From Antedon mediterranea (taxonomy: Eukaryota; Animalia; Echinodermata), in the NCBI RefSeq assembly GCF_964355755.1, contig NC_092670.1:11084795-11148794 (forward strand): a DNA stretch of 64,000 bases, written 5' to 3'. Within the stretch, counting starts at the first letter, position 1; each line of letters starts with the position of its first letter. The translations under genes and the position numbers were made by a program. Positions 1-11,831 of the stretch are shown one piece after another. The notes under the pieces were generated by a model. The model made no database searches. It was given only the letters and a program-made list of their open reading frames with translations, and was not told where the DNA came from.

Positions 1-48
1 CAGCGCAAACCACCACATAGACCAAAGGGAGCTTATGCTGCAGCCGAA

Positions 49-3000
49 GTGCAAAGAGACTGTCTTTACTGCAGTAAAGGCGCACACAGAATAGAAGAGT
101 GCAGGAAATTCGACAACCTGCAAAGACCAGAGAAACTAACCTACATTAAAGAACACAGATTATGCTACGGCTGCTTAACTACTGGTCACTTGGCTAAACA
201 TTGCAACAGTCGCCACACGTGCACCAAATGTAAGAGGAGGCACCCAAACACGCTCCACCAAGACCCAGTTGTTAACACTAAAACGACAAACAAGAATAAA
301 GGTAAGCAGCCTAACCAACTGCAAGCTGCGTGTGCCAAGATAAATCAAGGAGAATGTGCCTTGGCAGTGATCCCAGTTCGCGTAAGCGTTGGATGATCAC
401 ACCAAGTAGAAACATACGCCTTTCTAGATCCAGGGAGCACCATTTCGTTTTGCTCAGAGGCACTCGTAAAACAACTTGGCGTTGGTGGAAGGAATGAATG
501 TATCACCATTGACACGATGGGGTCTACGTACCGATTAACAACAAAGGCGGTAAAGGGACTAAAGGTAACTTCCCTAGACAACAGAAATATGGAAACTGTT
601 ATACACACTGCATATACTAAGAGCAACTTACCTATTCAGAAGGCACACTTTCCTAAACAATCGGACATTGACAAGTGGCCACATTTACAAGGCGTAAAAA
701 TACCCCAGATAGATAAGGGTAAAGAAGTGGGTCTACTGATGGGCATGGGTGTAGCAAGTGCTTATACACCTCTGGAAGTAAAAACAGGACCTATCGACGC
801 TCCCCATGCAACCAGAACTAACCTGGGGTGGATCGTTTGGAACTTGATTGGTAACCACGAAAGTAGTCACCCATACCCAGCAAACTTCGTTGGAAGAAAT
901 GTAGAAAAGTCTACTTACGACACGTTGGAGAAGTTAGTAAAAAGGAGCACCGAGATTGACTTCCCAGAAAGTGGTTTGGATCTTACACAAAACCATTCTG
1001 TTGAAGATAAATTATTCCTCAGGAAAGTAAACGAAAGCATAGTGAAGGGACCCGACAATCACTTTACAATTAGCCTTCCTTTTAGACGCAATGAAGTGGT
1101 CATGCCTGACAACAGACTACAAGCAGTCAAACGACTAGAGTCATTATGTCGTCGTCTGAAGGCAGATAAACCATACGCAATGGAATACACCAACTACATG
1201 GATGAATTGTTAACCAAGGGATATGCAGAGAGAGTACCACCTGACGAAATTATACAAGATGGACACAAATGGTATATCCCTCACCAGGCGTTTACAATCC
1301 CCAGAAACCTGGGAAATTAAGAGTGGTTTTCGACTGTGGAGCAAGATATCAGGGAGTAGCTCTTAATGATGTTTTGTTACCCGGACCAAACCTGACTAGC
1401 AACCTATTGGGGGTGCTACTCCGTTTCAGGGAAGAAGAAGTTGCCATAATTGCTGATGTGGAAAAGATGTTCCACCAAGTCAAAGTACCGGAAAGTGATA
1501 GAAACTTCCTCAGATTTCTATGGTTCCCAAATGGAAACATTTATGCTACTCCCGTAGAATATAGAATGACCGTGCACCTATTCGGATCAACCTAGTCACC
1601 CTCATGTGCAAATAAGGCACTACAACAGACAGCAGCCGACTGTTCTATTTCAGAAATCCAAGAAAACACCAAGAAAACATTGTTACGTAACTTCTACGTA
1701 GATGATCTGTTAAAGAGTGTGGAGAATCCGGAGACATGAGTGGAACTTATTAAGCAGCTGAGAATACTATGCCAAGATGGAGGATTTCGTTTGACAAAAT
1801 GGACCAGCAATTCAAAGAAAGTAATAAACACTATACCAGAATCTGAACGGTCAAAGGAACTTCAGTCAATTAATCTACATGAAGAAACCATACCATGTGA
1901 AAGAGCATTAGGCATTAAATGGCATCCAGAAGAAGAATATTTATATTTCGAAGCTTCAACCAGAGAGCAAGCTGTCACAAGGAGAGGAATCTTATCTACA
2001 ATAAGTTCTGTTTTTGACCCAATGGGCTTAATAGCACCAGTTATCCTACCGGCGAAGATATTACTTCAAGAAGTAATGCGAGATAACAAAGGCTGGGATG
2101 AACCCATTGACGGGGAAATAAAACAACGCTGGCAGACCTGGTTGGAAGAATCAAAACTTATTTCTAACATCAAGATACCAAGATGCGTTAACTTGAATTG
2201 TGCAAAGAGACTATGTCAACTCCATATGTTCGCAGACGCTAGTGAAATGGGCTACGGAATAGTCGCCTACGTACGATGTGTGGTAGATGGAGCCATTACC
2301 TGCAACAATCTGTATAGCCGTTCAAGAGTTTCACCACTCAAGCGAATGACAATACCACGACTTGAGCTTACAGCAGCGACATTGGCGGTAAAGAGTGCAA
2401 GCTTAATCCAATCTGAAATAGATTACAACTTTGACGATATCCTTTTCTGGACTGATAGCATGTTGGTGATCAACTATATTAACAATGTGAGTACAAGATT
2501 CAGTACCTTTGTTGCTAATCGACTAAATGTCATACAAGAAGGATCTACTACGAGTCAATGGAGACATGTTGGTACTAAAGATAACCCTGCTGACATCGCC
2601 TCAAGAGGACTGAAACTAGGAAAAATCGAAAATGAGAAAATGTGGTTACGAGGGCCGGAATTCCTCTGGCAGGAAACAAACCAGTGGCCTCAACAAATTC
2701 AAGGTAGCCATAATTTGAAGATAGATGATCCTGAAGTCAAGAAGGTTGCATGTCCAGTCTTGCCTTATGCTGATACATTACAAACCTTGGCGAAACACTA
2801 TTCATCTTGGAGTCGCCTACGTAGAGCCACCGCCTGGATGATAAAGTTAAAACAGGTTCTTCGCAAGAAGGATGTAGACAGAAAATATCTGACGGTATCC
2901 GAACTAAAAGCAGCTGAAGTGTCTCTCGTAAGAAATGTTCAAAGAAGGAGTTATATAGAAGAGATTAAATCATTGGAAGCTGGTAATCAAATCAAGAAAT

Positions 3001-4247
3001 CAAGTCCATTAGTAAAACTTGATCCATTTTTGGAAAATGGCGTCCTAAAGGTAGGAGGTCGCTTGAGAAGAGCAGAGTTGGGTTCGTCTAAACACCAAAT
3101 GATCCTGCCTAAGAACTCTCATGTTTCCCAGTTAATAATACGAGAGATGCACAGAAATCTTGGCCATTGTGGCAGAAACCAAATCATAACGCACCTGAGG
3201 AAAAAATACTGGGTACCTCAAGTCGTCTCTGCTACCAGGAAATTAATCAGCAAATGCGTACTATGTAGAAGGTACCACAGAAGAGCGGAAAACCAGAAAA
3301 TGGCCGACCTGCCGAGTTGTAGAGTAACTGTTGGTGAAAACCCATTCTCACATACTGGAATGGATTACTTTGGACCCTTCGATATAAAAAGAGGAAGAAC
3401 TATACATAAGAGATATGGAGTAATATTTACCTGTTTGAAAACTAGAGCAATTCACTTGGAAGTATCTGACTCATTGACGACCACTAGTTGCCTCAATGCT
3501 CTTCGACGTTTTACCGCAAGGAGAGCCCCAATACGCATGATAATGTCAGACAATGGAACAAACCTCATTGGTGCCAAGAATGAGCTAAAAAAGGCAATTA
3601 AGGAGCTCAACCCAAGGGAAATCCAAAGTAATATGCTTCGACAAAATATAGACTGGAAATTTAATCCGCCTTCCGCTTCACACTACGGTGGCACATGGGA
3701 GAGAATGATTCGTTCTGTTCGGAAGGTCTTATATAGTGTTCTGAAGGAGCAACCAATGGAGCTAGATGACGAAGGACTTCCAACAGTATTTTGTGAAGTT
3801 GAAGGAATTGTCAATAGCAGACCGTTGACGATTATATCAGACAGTCCATTAGATAAAGATCCGTTAACACCTAACCACTTTCTTCTTGTGGGAAACAAGC
3901 AAACATCAATGGAACCAGGCGTGTTCGAAAGAAAGGAACTAGTAAAGGGATGGAGACAAATTCAGTATTTAACAAATCTCTTCTGGAGACGTTGGTCCAA
4001 GGAATATTTGGTAACACTTCAGGAACGACAGAGATGGTTTCACCAGAGAAAAAATGTGAATGTAGGAGAAATTGTGTTGATATGCGACAACAACTCACCA
4101 AGAGGACAATGGCCAATGGGCAGAGTGGTGGAGGTATACCCTGATGAGAAAGGTTATGTTAGAGCAGTGAAGCTCAAGACAAGCACATCTGAACTGAAGA
4201 GACCAATTACTAAGTTGGTGGTGTTGTTAGAAGCAGATTCTCCATAA
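49..4247 (+). pseudogene. BEL/Pao gag-pol polyprotein, interrupted
   Basis: ORFs 49-396, 517-1320, 1269-1595 and 1740-4247 form one polyprotein broken by in-frame stops (394-396 TGA, 1593-1595 TAG, 1737-1739 TGA) and a frameshift at ~1283 (WYIPH/..GVYNP). Confidence 0.9.
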
Positions 4248-4395
4248 TTATTTATGTCATAATATAGCTAACAAGTAAATCTTACGCTATTTAGTTAACG
4301 ATACAAATTTTTAAACGAGACTAATTATTAAGATTACTAATTGTTTTTGCAGTTTGCTAATGCTCATTTTATGTTATTCGCATTAGGAGGGCCGG

Positions 4396-4900
4396 TGTAA
4401 AGTTCATAAGATACATATAGATGAGGGCGCTAGATAATTATTTTAGATTAGCCCTCTAGCGATAACCTTCGACATGATCAGAGGATGATGGCAAAAAACC
4501 ATGTGTTAAAGATGGTTTCGTAGTTCTATAGGGGAACTAAACATCCAAGTGTAGTTTAAAGTATAGTTTCATAGGGAAACTAGATAGATACTTTAAGATA
4601 ATATTGTTAATAGATAAAGGAAGATTTCAAGTGTACTAGGAAGGTTCAGAAGTTTCGAAACCTCTCAATCCTCGACCATACTCAAATTAAAGAAAGAGAA
4701 AAGAATAAAGATACTTTGACAGATTTTACTGAGCATCGTGATTGTTGTTATCTGCCTGACTTATCCTGTACACCTGTTAACATTTATTATTCATTGATAA
4801 GCCAAGGGTTCCATGGCGTTAGCCGATATCTTGAGCATTTGACTCTTGTGTCAACCTGTAACACAAATCATTCTTCAAAATCTAAAGAAAGAACCTTACA
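4396..4900 (+). repeat. 3' LTR of the BEL/Pao element
   Basis: Starts TGTAA right after the polypurine tract and ends TTACA; internal AATAAA at ~4704. Confidence 0.8.
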
Positions 4901-5508
4901 CGTCTTTTTTGTGAGTGATACACTATGGATATGCCCACGGAAATAATATGTGGACATTACAAACAATCATAGGCCTACAGTAACAAACATAACATGGCTA
5001 ATAAGCATAACATTCAGACTTGCTTGTTTTCTAGTGGATTTTTATTTACTTTAGCATGTAGAATAAATCTAGTAACAGTGGCTATATTAATAATTATACT
5101 GATTATCCTTGATGTTATCGCGTCTAATAATAAAATATTTTGTTGTTGATAAGCCCAATTTTTCAGCCTTGATTTTACATTTTGAACGAAAGTATTTATT
5201 TGTTGATAAGCCCAATTTTGCAGTCTTAATAATGACCCTTCCACAGTGCATTTTACATGATATTGACCGAGGGTTTTTACGCCTCTATAGCCACTGATCA
5301 ATACCATAATTAATGTACTTTTTTAAATGAATATTGAAATGTTTCAACATACCCAATTCAAAAAAACGGTCCGTTTTCGAGTTCAATCTTTTGATTAGAG
5401 AGGTTGGAGTTTCATTTTGAACGAAAGTATTTATTTGATTGATAAGCCAAATTTCTAGTCCTAATGATTTGAGATTCAACGGGTTTTGCTTTCAATTGTA
5501 TAATAATA

Positions 5509-5512
<4 letters not shown>

Positions 5513-5585
<73 letters not shown>
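5513..5585. repeat. (TA)n microsatellite
   Basis: Direct reading. Confidence 0.95.
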
Positions 5586-5593
<8 letters not shown>

Positions 5594-5653
5594 GTATAAT
5601 TATGAATTCACCAAAACTTTCATATGGCGCGCCAAGCTGTCATTTATTCAAGC

Positions 5654-5862
5654 AATAGAGATATCTTAGTTTTTAATAGAGATATCTTAGTTTTAAATAG
5701 AGATATCTTAGTTTTAAATAGAGATATCTCTATTAATAGAGATATCTCTATTAATAGAGATATCTCTATTAACAGAGATATCTCTATTTAAAACTAAGAT
5801 ATCTCTATTAAAAACTAAGATATCTCTATTAAAAACTAAGATATCTTAGTTTTAAATAGAGA
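5654..5862. repeat. Palindromic minisatellite built from AGATATCT-centred units
   Basis: Units AATAGAGATATCTTAGTTTT on the left, perfect palindromes AATAGAGATATCTCTATT in the centre, reverse-complement units AAAACTAAGATATCTCTATT on the right. Confidence 0.9.
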
Positions 5863-6600
5863 CATTACTGTCATAAATGTTGAAACCACTTATAAAACCT
5901 TTTTTTTAAAGAAAATATAATTGTGTTAGGAGAAGGCTAATTAACAAATAGATAATGTACAAACCTTTTTCTGGATTAATTAATGGAGCAGGCGTTCTGC
6001 TGCTGCTACCTAGACTGATTGTTCACCTTCTGACGATAATTGATTGGACTCCCCACGGCATCTGATAACCAACAAAAAATTTACGAGGACTGTTTCAATG
6101 ATTTAATATCTGACGGCGTATTATTATAACATTGGCCTAGATTGACAGTCAAAGAAAGTCACTGTAAATACCTCCCTCTTTATGTTGACAGAGCCAAAAT
6201 AAAGTTTTGACCATTATCGAATGATTATTTGACAGTGACTTATTATAATACCGGCCTGGTTGACAGCAAAAACGAAGTTATTATTTATTGATCAAGATTT
6301 TACAGGTTTCTGTCTACATCTCAATAATACTGTATTATCAGCAAAGGCTTTCATATAGACTCTCTTCTCCCAGACGTTTTTTGGGTCCAGCAGCTACCTA
6401 TAAATTATAGTCGAGTTTCCAAATTCACAAAACTGTCAGCCTTAGATACTAAAGCTACCGCTATGAAACAGCTTATTAATGAATGTGTCCTCCTGGGACA
6501 TAGCTGGCTAGAGCCGCGGCGCGAAAAAAATTGATCGAATTTCTGTTATGAGTATACAGTACTTGCCTTTACGACGCCCGAGGGAATAGACACTTGTGGA

Positions 6601-7052
6601 ACAGAGATTGGAATGTTCCATTCATCGCAAATCAATACATTTGTATAAACGTATATTAAATCTATCAAAATAGTATTTTTAAAGAAAAGCGGCCTGTCTT
6701 CAACATTATGATGCTGTACTCGAGCTGTTCAACCGGTTTTCAGCCATTAAAAACAATTATCGTAGGAGGAGATAGGAAAATGCGAAGCATCCTCGTATTA
6801 TTGTCTGTGGGTATTTTTTAATACGGACATCCATTAGACAGTGTATACCACGATCGGGAAACACCCCTATTTGGGGAAAATCGTTGAACCTAAATTCGTT
6901 TTAATCGTCAATAACAAACTATCGAACTCAATTTAATTAGTAATTAAAATCAGTACCGAAAGTACGAACCAACTTTATATACCATCGAGTAAACATTCTA
7001 GAAATAACGCGCGATTTACCGAATTTTGCCCTTACGTAAATTTATATATAGA
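6601..7052 (-). mobile_element. Non-autonomous Helitron family A, 5' portion
   Basis: Reverse complement of 19990-20457; 5' end A|TCTATATATAAAT at 7052; 3' end not located. Confidence 0.7.
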
Positions 7053-7108
7053 TTGATCGAATCATCATTGATGACACACGGCAGAAGAAAGACAATTAAA
7101 GTTAGCAT
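7053..7108 (-). pseudogene. Remnant first exon (signal peptide) of a fourth PAN-FReD paralog
   Basis: Reads MLTLIVFLLPCVINDDSI, matching exon 1 of the paralog starting at 37080; cut by the Helitron at 7052; upstream 7110-8760 aligns by eye with 37080-40400. Confidence 0.75.
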
Positions 7109-8896
7109 TTCGACGTTTTTTGAATTATGTATTGGCGAATGAAACTGTTATTGTGCCAATACAATCTACAATTCATCTTAAAATACTCGATGATACTGTA
7201 TGAGTTACTTAATGTGGTACGAACTATATTTTTTCTTATGAAGTTACATATTCCATTATCCAATCACTTTACATACAACCCAGTGTGCACCAATCAAAAT
7301 GGTGATATTAAGATATGATTTACATAAACGAAGTTAAACATGAGGATATGCATGATCTGTTGTTTTAGACGCATTTATTTTGTATTTTTATAAATTGAGC
7401 AATATTAGGCTTCACGTATCTTGATAGGCTCAGTAAGTAATAACAGTAATATCCTTAAAAGGCTGACCGGTTAATATGATAAATAAAGTTTGATTTTCTT
7501 TCATTGTTCTTTCAATGCGTGCACTAGCGACTCTACGTAACAAAATTTCCTTTTAATAATTGTGTTTTCCCCCGCATGCGTGAAATCAAACCTGCTGGTC
7601 CTAACTAGCTGGTTTATCCTGAAATATTTCAAAGTAAGTTGAAATCGTCTTTTTACTGATTTCTCAATTTACTATTATTAATTTCAGTAGCCTGGATATT
7701 AAAAACAAGTCTGCAGTCAATACAGAATTTAATAAATGTCACCACTGCAATGAATAAGTTGTTAGTATTCCAATATTGAATCACCTCGATTCTTTTAATC
7801 TTCTTTTTTTCTTTCTAAGAAATTTCATATATATGTATATTTCTATTACAGACTGCATATATAATATATATGATGAAGATGTTTAATAAAATTAACCAAT
7901 AAATTATTATTGTCCTATATTTAATTACTACTTTCAATATTTGTTTATGACTGTTTATACAATACAAAACAGCTACAATTACGATTCTCGAGCAACAATA
8001 TCTAACATTGCTTTCAAGAATCATAATGGTATCACAATTTTCAAAATTGAAGGGAAAATCTTATAAAACTAGAGTTGAGCTTGTCACATAGTTAAGTTAT
8101 CCACGCGCACAACAACAACAAACAACAGCAACAATCATGTTAACGTGTGTGCACGTTTGTGTTTGTGGATAACCTAAGCGACAGATTCAACTCAAGTTAG
8201 CGTTAAGTAATGGAATGCAACGCAAGAACGTAAGCGCAATACAAGTAGTTGACCAATAACAAGAGATAGTTCGAATAATCCATTGCTTGCGTTGCATTAT
8301 ACATTTTCGTAGTTTGTATGTATTTCTGTAGTATTTATATCCATTTGACAATAATTTTATTTCACCACTGCAATCAATAAGTTGTTCAATATTCTAATAT
8401 TCGACTCTTTAAAATCTCTTTTAGATCATAAGACATAAGAAAACTTGATTTCCAAGACATTTCATATTATGTATATTTCTAATACAGACTGCATATTTAT
8501 AATATGATGAAGATGTTTAATAAATTAAACAAATACATTATTGTCCTTATATCAAATTACTTTTTCAATCTCTTTTGATGATTGTTTACAGAACACTAAT
8601 ATATTTAAACAGCTACAACGATTCTCAAGCAACAATATTTAACATTTCTTTCAAGTCAAGAATCATAATGGTATCACACTTTTCAAAATGTGAGGGTAAA
8701 TCATTAGGACGCAAATCCCATTAGGACGTAAGCGCAACGCAAGTAATTTGACCAATCAATTTAAACAAAACAAGAAAGAAACCCACATCGGCAGAGGCTG
8801 GAGTATTTTGGAAAATGAATAGTCCGGGCCTCAAGTTTGCGTATTTTGGACAATTCGCGTATTTTGGAAAATGAATAGCGCCCTCAAGTTGATATA

Positions 8897-9261
8897 CCGT
8901 ATTTATAAACGAATTTCTTTGAATAAACGTCTCCCTCAAATAAACACCCCGTCCCATCGTTTGGAATAAACGGCCCTCTGAAATAAACGCTCCGGGCCTT
9001 TATTTTTTCCTCAAAAACGTCCCGCCACATGTATATACACACAGTACACAGTAGTAGAATTCATACATCCATCATCTCTTACCATAGAATTGTTACTGTA
9101 TTTTTTCAAATGTAGAGAGAATTTATTTGATTATACATGCTACCATATTACACCCACAGAAATAAACGCCTCCTTCGAATAAACGACTCCCTCGAATAAA
9201 CGCCCCTCTAAAATCTCTCCTGAACAATATACGCCCGGGCCGTTTATTCGAATAAATACGG
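8897..9261. mobile_element. Tc1/mariner-type MITE
   Basis: TA|CCGTATTTAT ... ATAAATACGG|TA termini with TA TSD; internal AATAAACGCCC repeats. Confidence 0.7.
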
Positions 9262-10704
9262 TATTTTGTATTTAGGATTAGTTTAGCGCCCTCAAGTTGA
9301 CGTAATTTGGAAAACAATCTTCTTATTTCGGGTTCACCAACCCGCTTTCCACTCAAATGTTAATGTGCTTGCTCAATCAATTATGTTTCACGATTTTAAT
9401 TTTGATGATGATATCTTAGCTCTTCAGAATTAAAGGTGATGTTTATAACTTATATGAAAGGTGCTGAAATTTAGATATAAATTCATAAAACCTGTGCCTT
9501 GTGCAGTACTTAACTTATTTGATACCAATTATAGGGTCTACGTAATCAAGCTGAAAATGGTATATGGAATATGTTGATAGTCCTGTTACATACGATGTAT
9601 GAGGGCGCTGATACAACTGCAAGAACTCTGGGCATTGTCCTTCAAATCTTGGTTTGTTCTCTCTCATGATTACCCCAACCCCCTCTTTTCTCTTTATTTT
9701 TTACTGTTAATAAATCAGTAGAATTTGTGCTGCTTGATATTATGTAATTGTGAACCATTATTAACTTTTTGTACATGTATGTATATAATATATATATATA
9801 TATATATTGTAAAAACTGTATGACTTTATTTTGTAAACATTTTGTATGGGTCGAACCTCTTGTTACGAGAGTGTTCCTCCGTTTTAAAGGAGAGTAACCA
9901 ATAAATATTACCGACTCGTTTAAATGAACAGCCGAGGAATCATTATGCCTACTCTCACCCTTTCTTTTACAACTTTTTATTAGACTTAAGTGAAAGATTG
10001 ATCAATGTCGATACAAAAAATATACCTTTGAGAGTGTTGCTTCAGATTTGCAAATGTAAGACAATTATTGGGAATACAAAAGAAACTTGACGTACAGTAT
10101 TGTATAGAGGTTATGTAGGCCTATATTGAAACCCCAAATTATTGTTTTTATAAGCAGACGCTGTCTTAAAAATCTGAAACATGGAAAGGATTTGTCGATA
10201 TTATGTTCAAATACCTGGGTAGTTTAGTAGTAGTGGTAATTAGACCTCGCTTCGCTAGCGTACCATCTAGGTCGTGCCCACAAAACTGGCGATTTCAAAT
10301 GTAAGTACCACCTATAATACATTGTCGTTTACAGAAACGAATAAATGATGATTTATGTAGTCAACTAAAATTAGCACCATGGGAATTACTTCCGAAATAG
10401 AAACCTGTCACAAAATGAGTCCAAATGTTTGATTTGGACTCATTCAAACAAACCCAATTTGTGTTTTGTATGTAACATTAGGGTTGAAGGATGGGTACAA
10501 AGAGGAACAATTTTTAAATATATTTTTTAGGCCTATACACTCAGTAACGAAATATTTGTTAATGTTATATAGACCTATAAATATTATATCACTAAATACT
10601 GTAGAACATTTGCGATTTTAATACTTGAAGGATTGGTACAGAGAGGAACAATTTTTACATATATTCTTTATCCACTCAGTAACGAAACATGTGTTCATGT
10701 TTTA

Positions 10705-11103
10705 AGGCCCATTTACACTAGGACGATAACGATGGACGATAAATATATAAACATGCATTTAAAAAAAAAATTAAACAAAAGAAATTAGAAAGGTTTTCGT
10801 TTTAGAAATATAGGATAATCATTTATGATTTCTTTGATGAAAATATTTTTAAAATTCCATTCAAATGACGTCATGATAAATAAAAACAAAATCGTTGTGT
10901 TGTCACGATATTATTTCTCTTACTAATCATGACGTCATTTGATTATTGGACGTGTGGAAATATAAATTTCATCAAAGGAAGCATAGATGGTTATTCTGTA
11001 GTTCTGGAATGAAAAGTTTTCGAATTTCTTTTGTTTTATGTATGAAAAATGCACATTTGTCTATTTATCGTCGATCGTTATCGTCCTAGTGTAAATGGGG
11101 CCT
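10705..11103. mobile_element. PIF/Harbinger-type MITE nested in the Helitron
   Basis: Long TIRs AGGCCCATTTACACTAGGACGATAACGAT / ATCGTTATCGTCCTAGTGTAAATGGGGCCT with TTA TSD. Confidence 0.85.
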
Positions 11104-11415
11104 TTACAGGTATATAAATATTACACCACTAAATACAGTAGAACATTTGTGATTAATACTTTGTTAAAATCAGGGTTAAAACTTGAAATATAGTACATGT
11201 AACGATACACTGCCATGACGTTTATATTTTTATAATTATTTTAATTAATACACATGTTGAGAAGCAACTGTCAGTAATAAAGTTTATTTGTATATTATGT
11301 GTTTATATCTGACAGTACCTACACTATCAATAAGAATTCATCGCAAATCAATACATTTTGTATAAACGTATATTAAGTGTATCAAAATAGTATTTTGAAA
11401 ATATACCTGTCTGTC

Positions 11416-11416
<1 letters not shown>

Positions 11417-11455
<39 letters not shown>
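11417..11455. repeat. (GAT)n microsatellite
   Basis: Direct reading. Confidence 0.9.
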
Positions 11456-11831
11456 ACGAGCTGTTCGGTTTTCAGCTATTAAAAAACAATTATCATAGAA
11501 AGAGATAGGTAAATGCGAAGCATCCTCGTATTATTAATATAATTATAAAATAACTCAATTTATTTAGTAAACAGGGTTGGTGGTTAAAATCAGTACCGAA
11601 AATACGAAACAACTTTACATACCATCGAGTAAACATTCTAGAAGTAACGCGCGATTGATCGAATTTTGCCCTTACGTAAATTTATATAAGATTACAGATT
11701 CTGATATAGTGCTCTCTTAACCATCATAACTGTTGTCTATTAAGACCTCTATCAAAAGTATACCAGTTGATGCTTGAGCTATCATCTGTAGTTGGTGTAA
11801 GTCAATTTGGATTTGAATAATGAAAACTTTC

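Larger units (their letters stand above)
1..4900 (+). mobile_element. BEL/Pao LTR retrotransposon (5' part outside window), decayed
   Basis: Domain order: Gag CCHC knuckles, protease (AFLDPGS, ~418-438), RT (KLRVVFDC; NFYVDDLL ~1689-1712), RNase H (LHMFADASEMGYG), integrase (DYFGP..SDNGTN..WERMIR); then purine-rich tract AGGAGGGCCGG (4385-4395) and an LTR. Confidence 0.95.
10240..11691 (-). mobile_element. Non-autonomous Helitron family A copy
   Basis: Inverted, diverged copy of 19990-21418; 5' TC at 11691; degenerate 3' hairpin/CTAG at ~10240-10270. Confidence 0.75.

Noticed and set aside
5439-5669. ORF with an (IY)n run
   Set aside because: Translation of the (TA)n microsatellite
9584-9972. 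Possible solo LTR (TGTTACA start, GAGGGCGCT motif, AATAAA near 9900)
   Set aside because: No clean CA end or TSD could be fixed by eye
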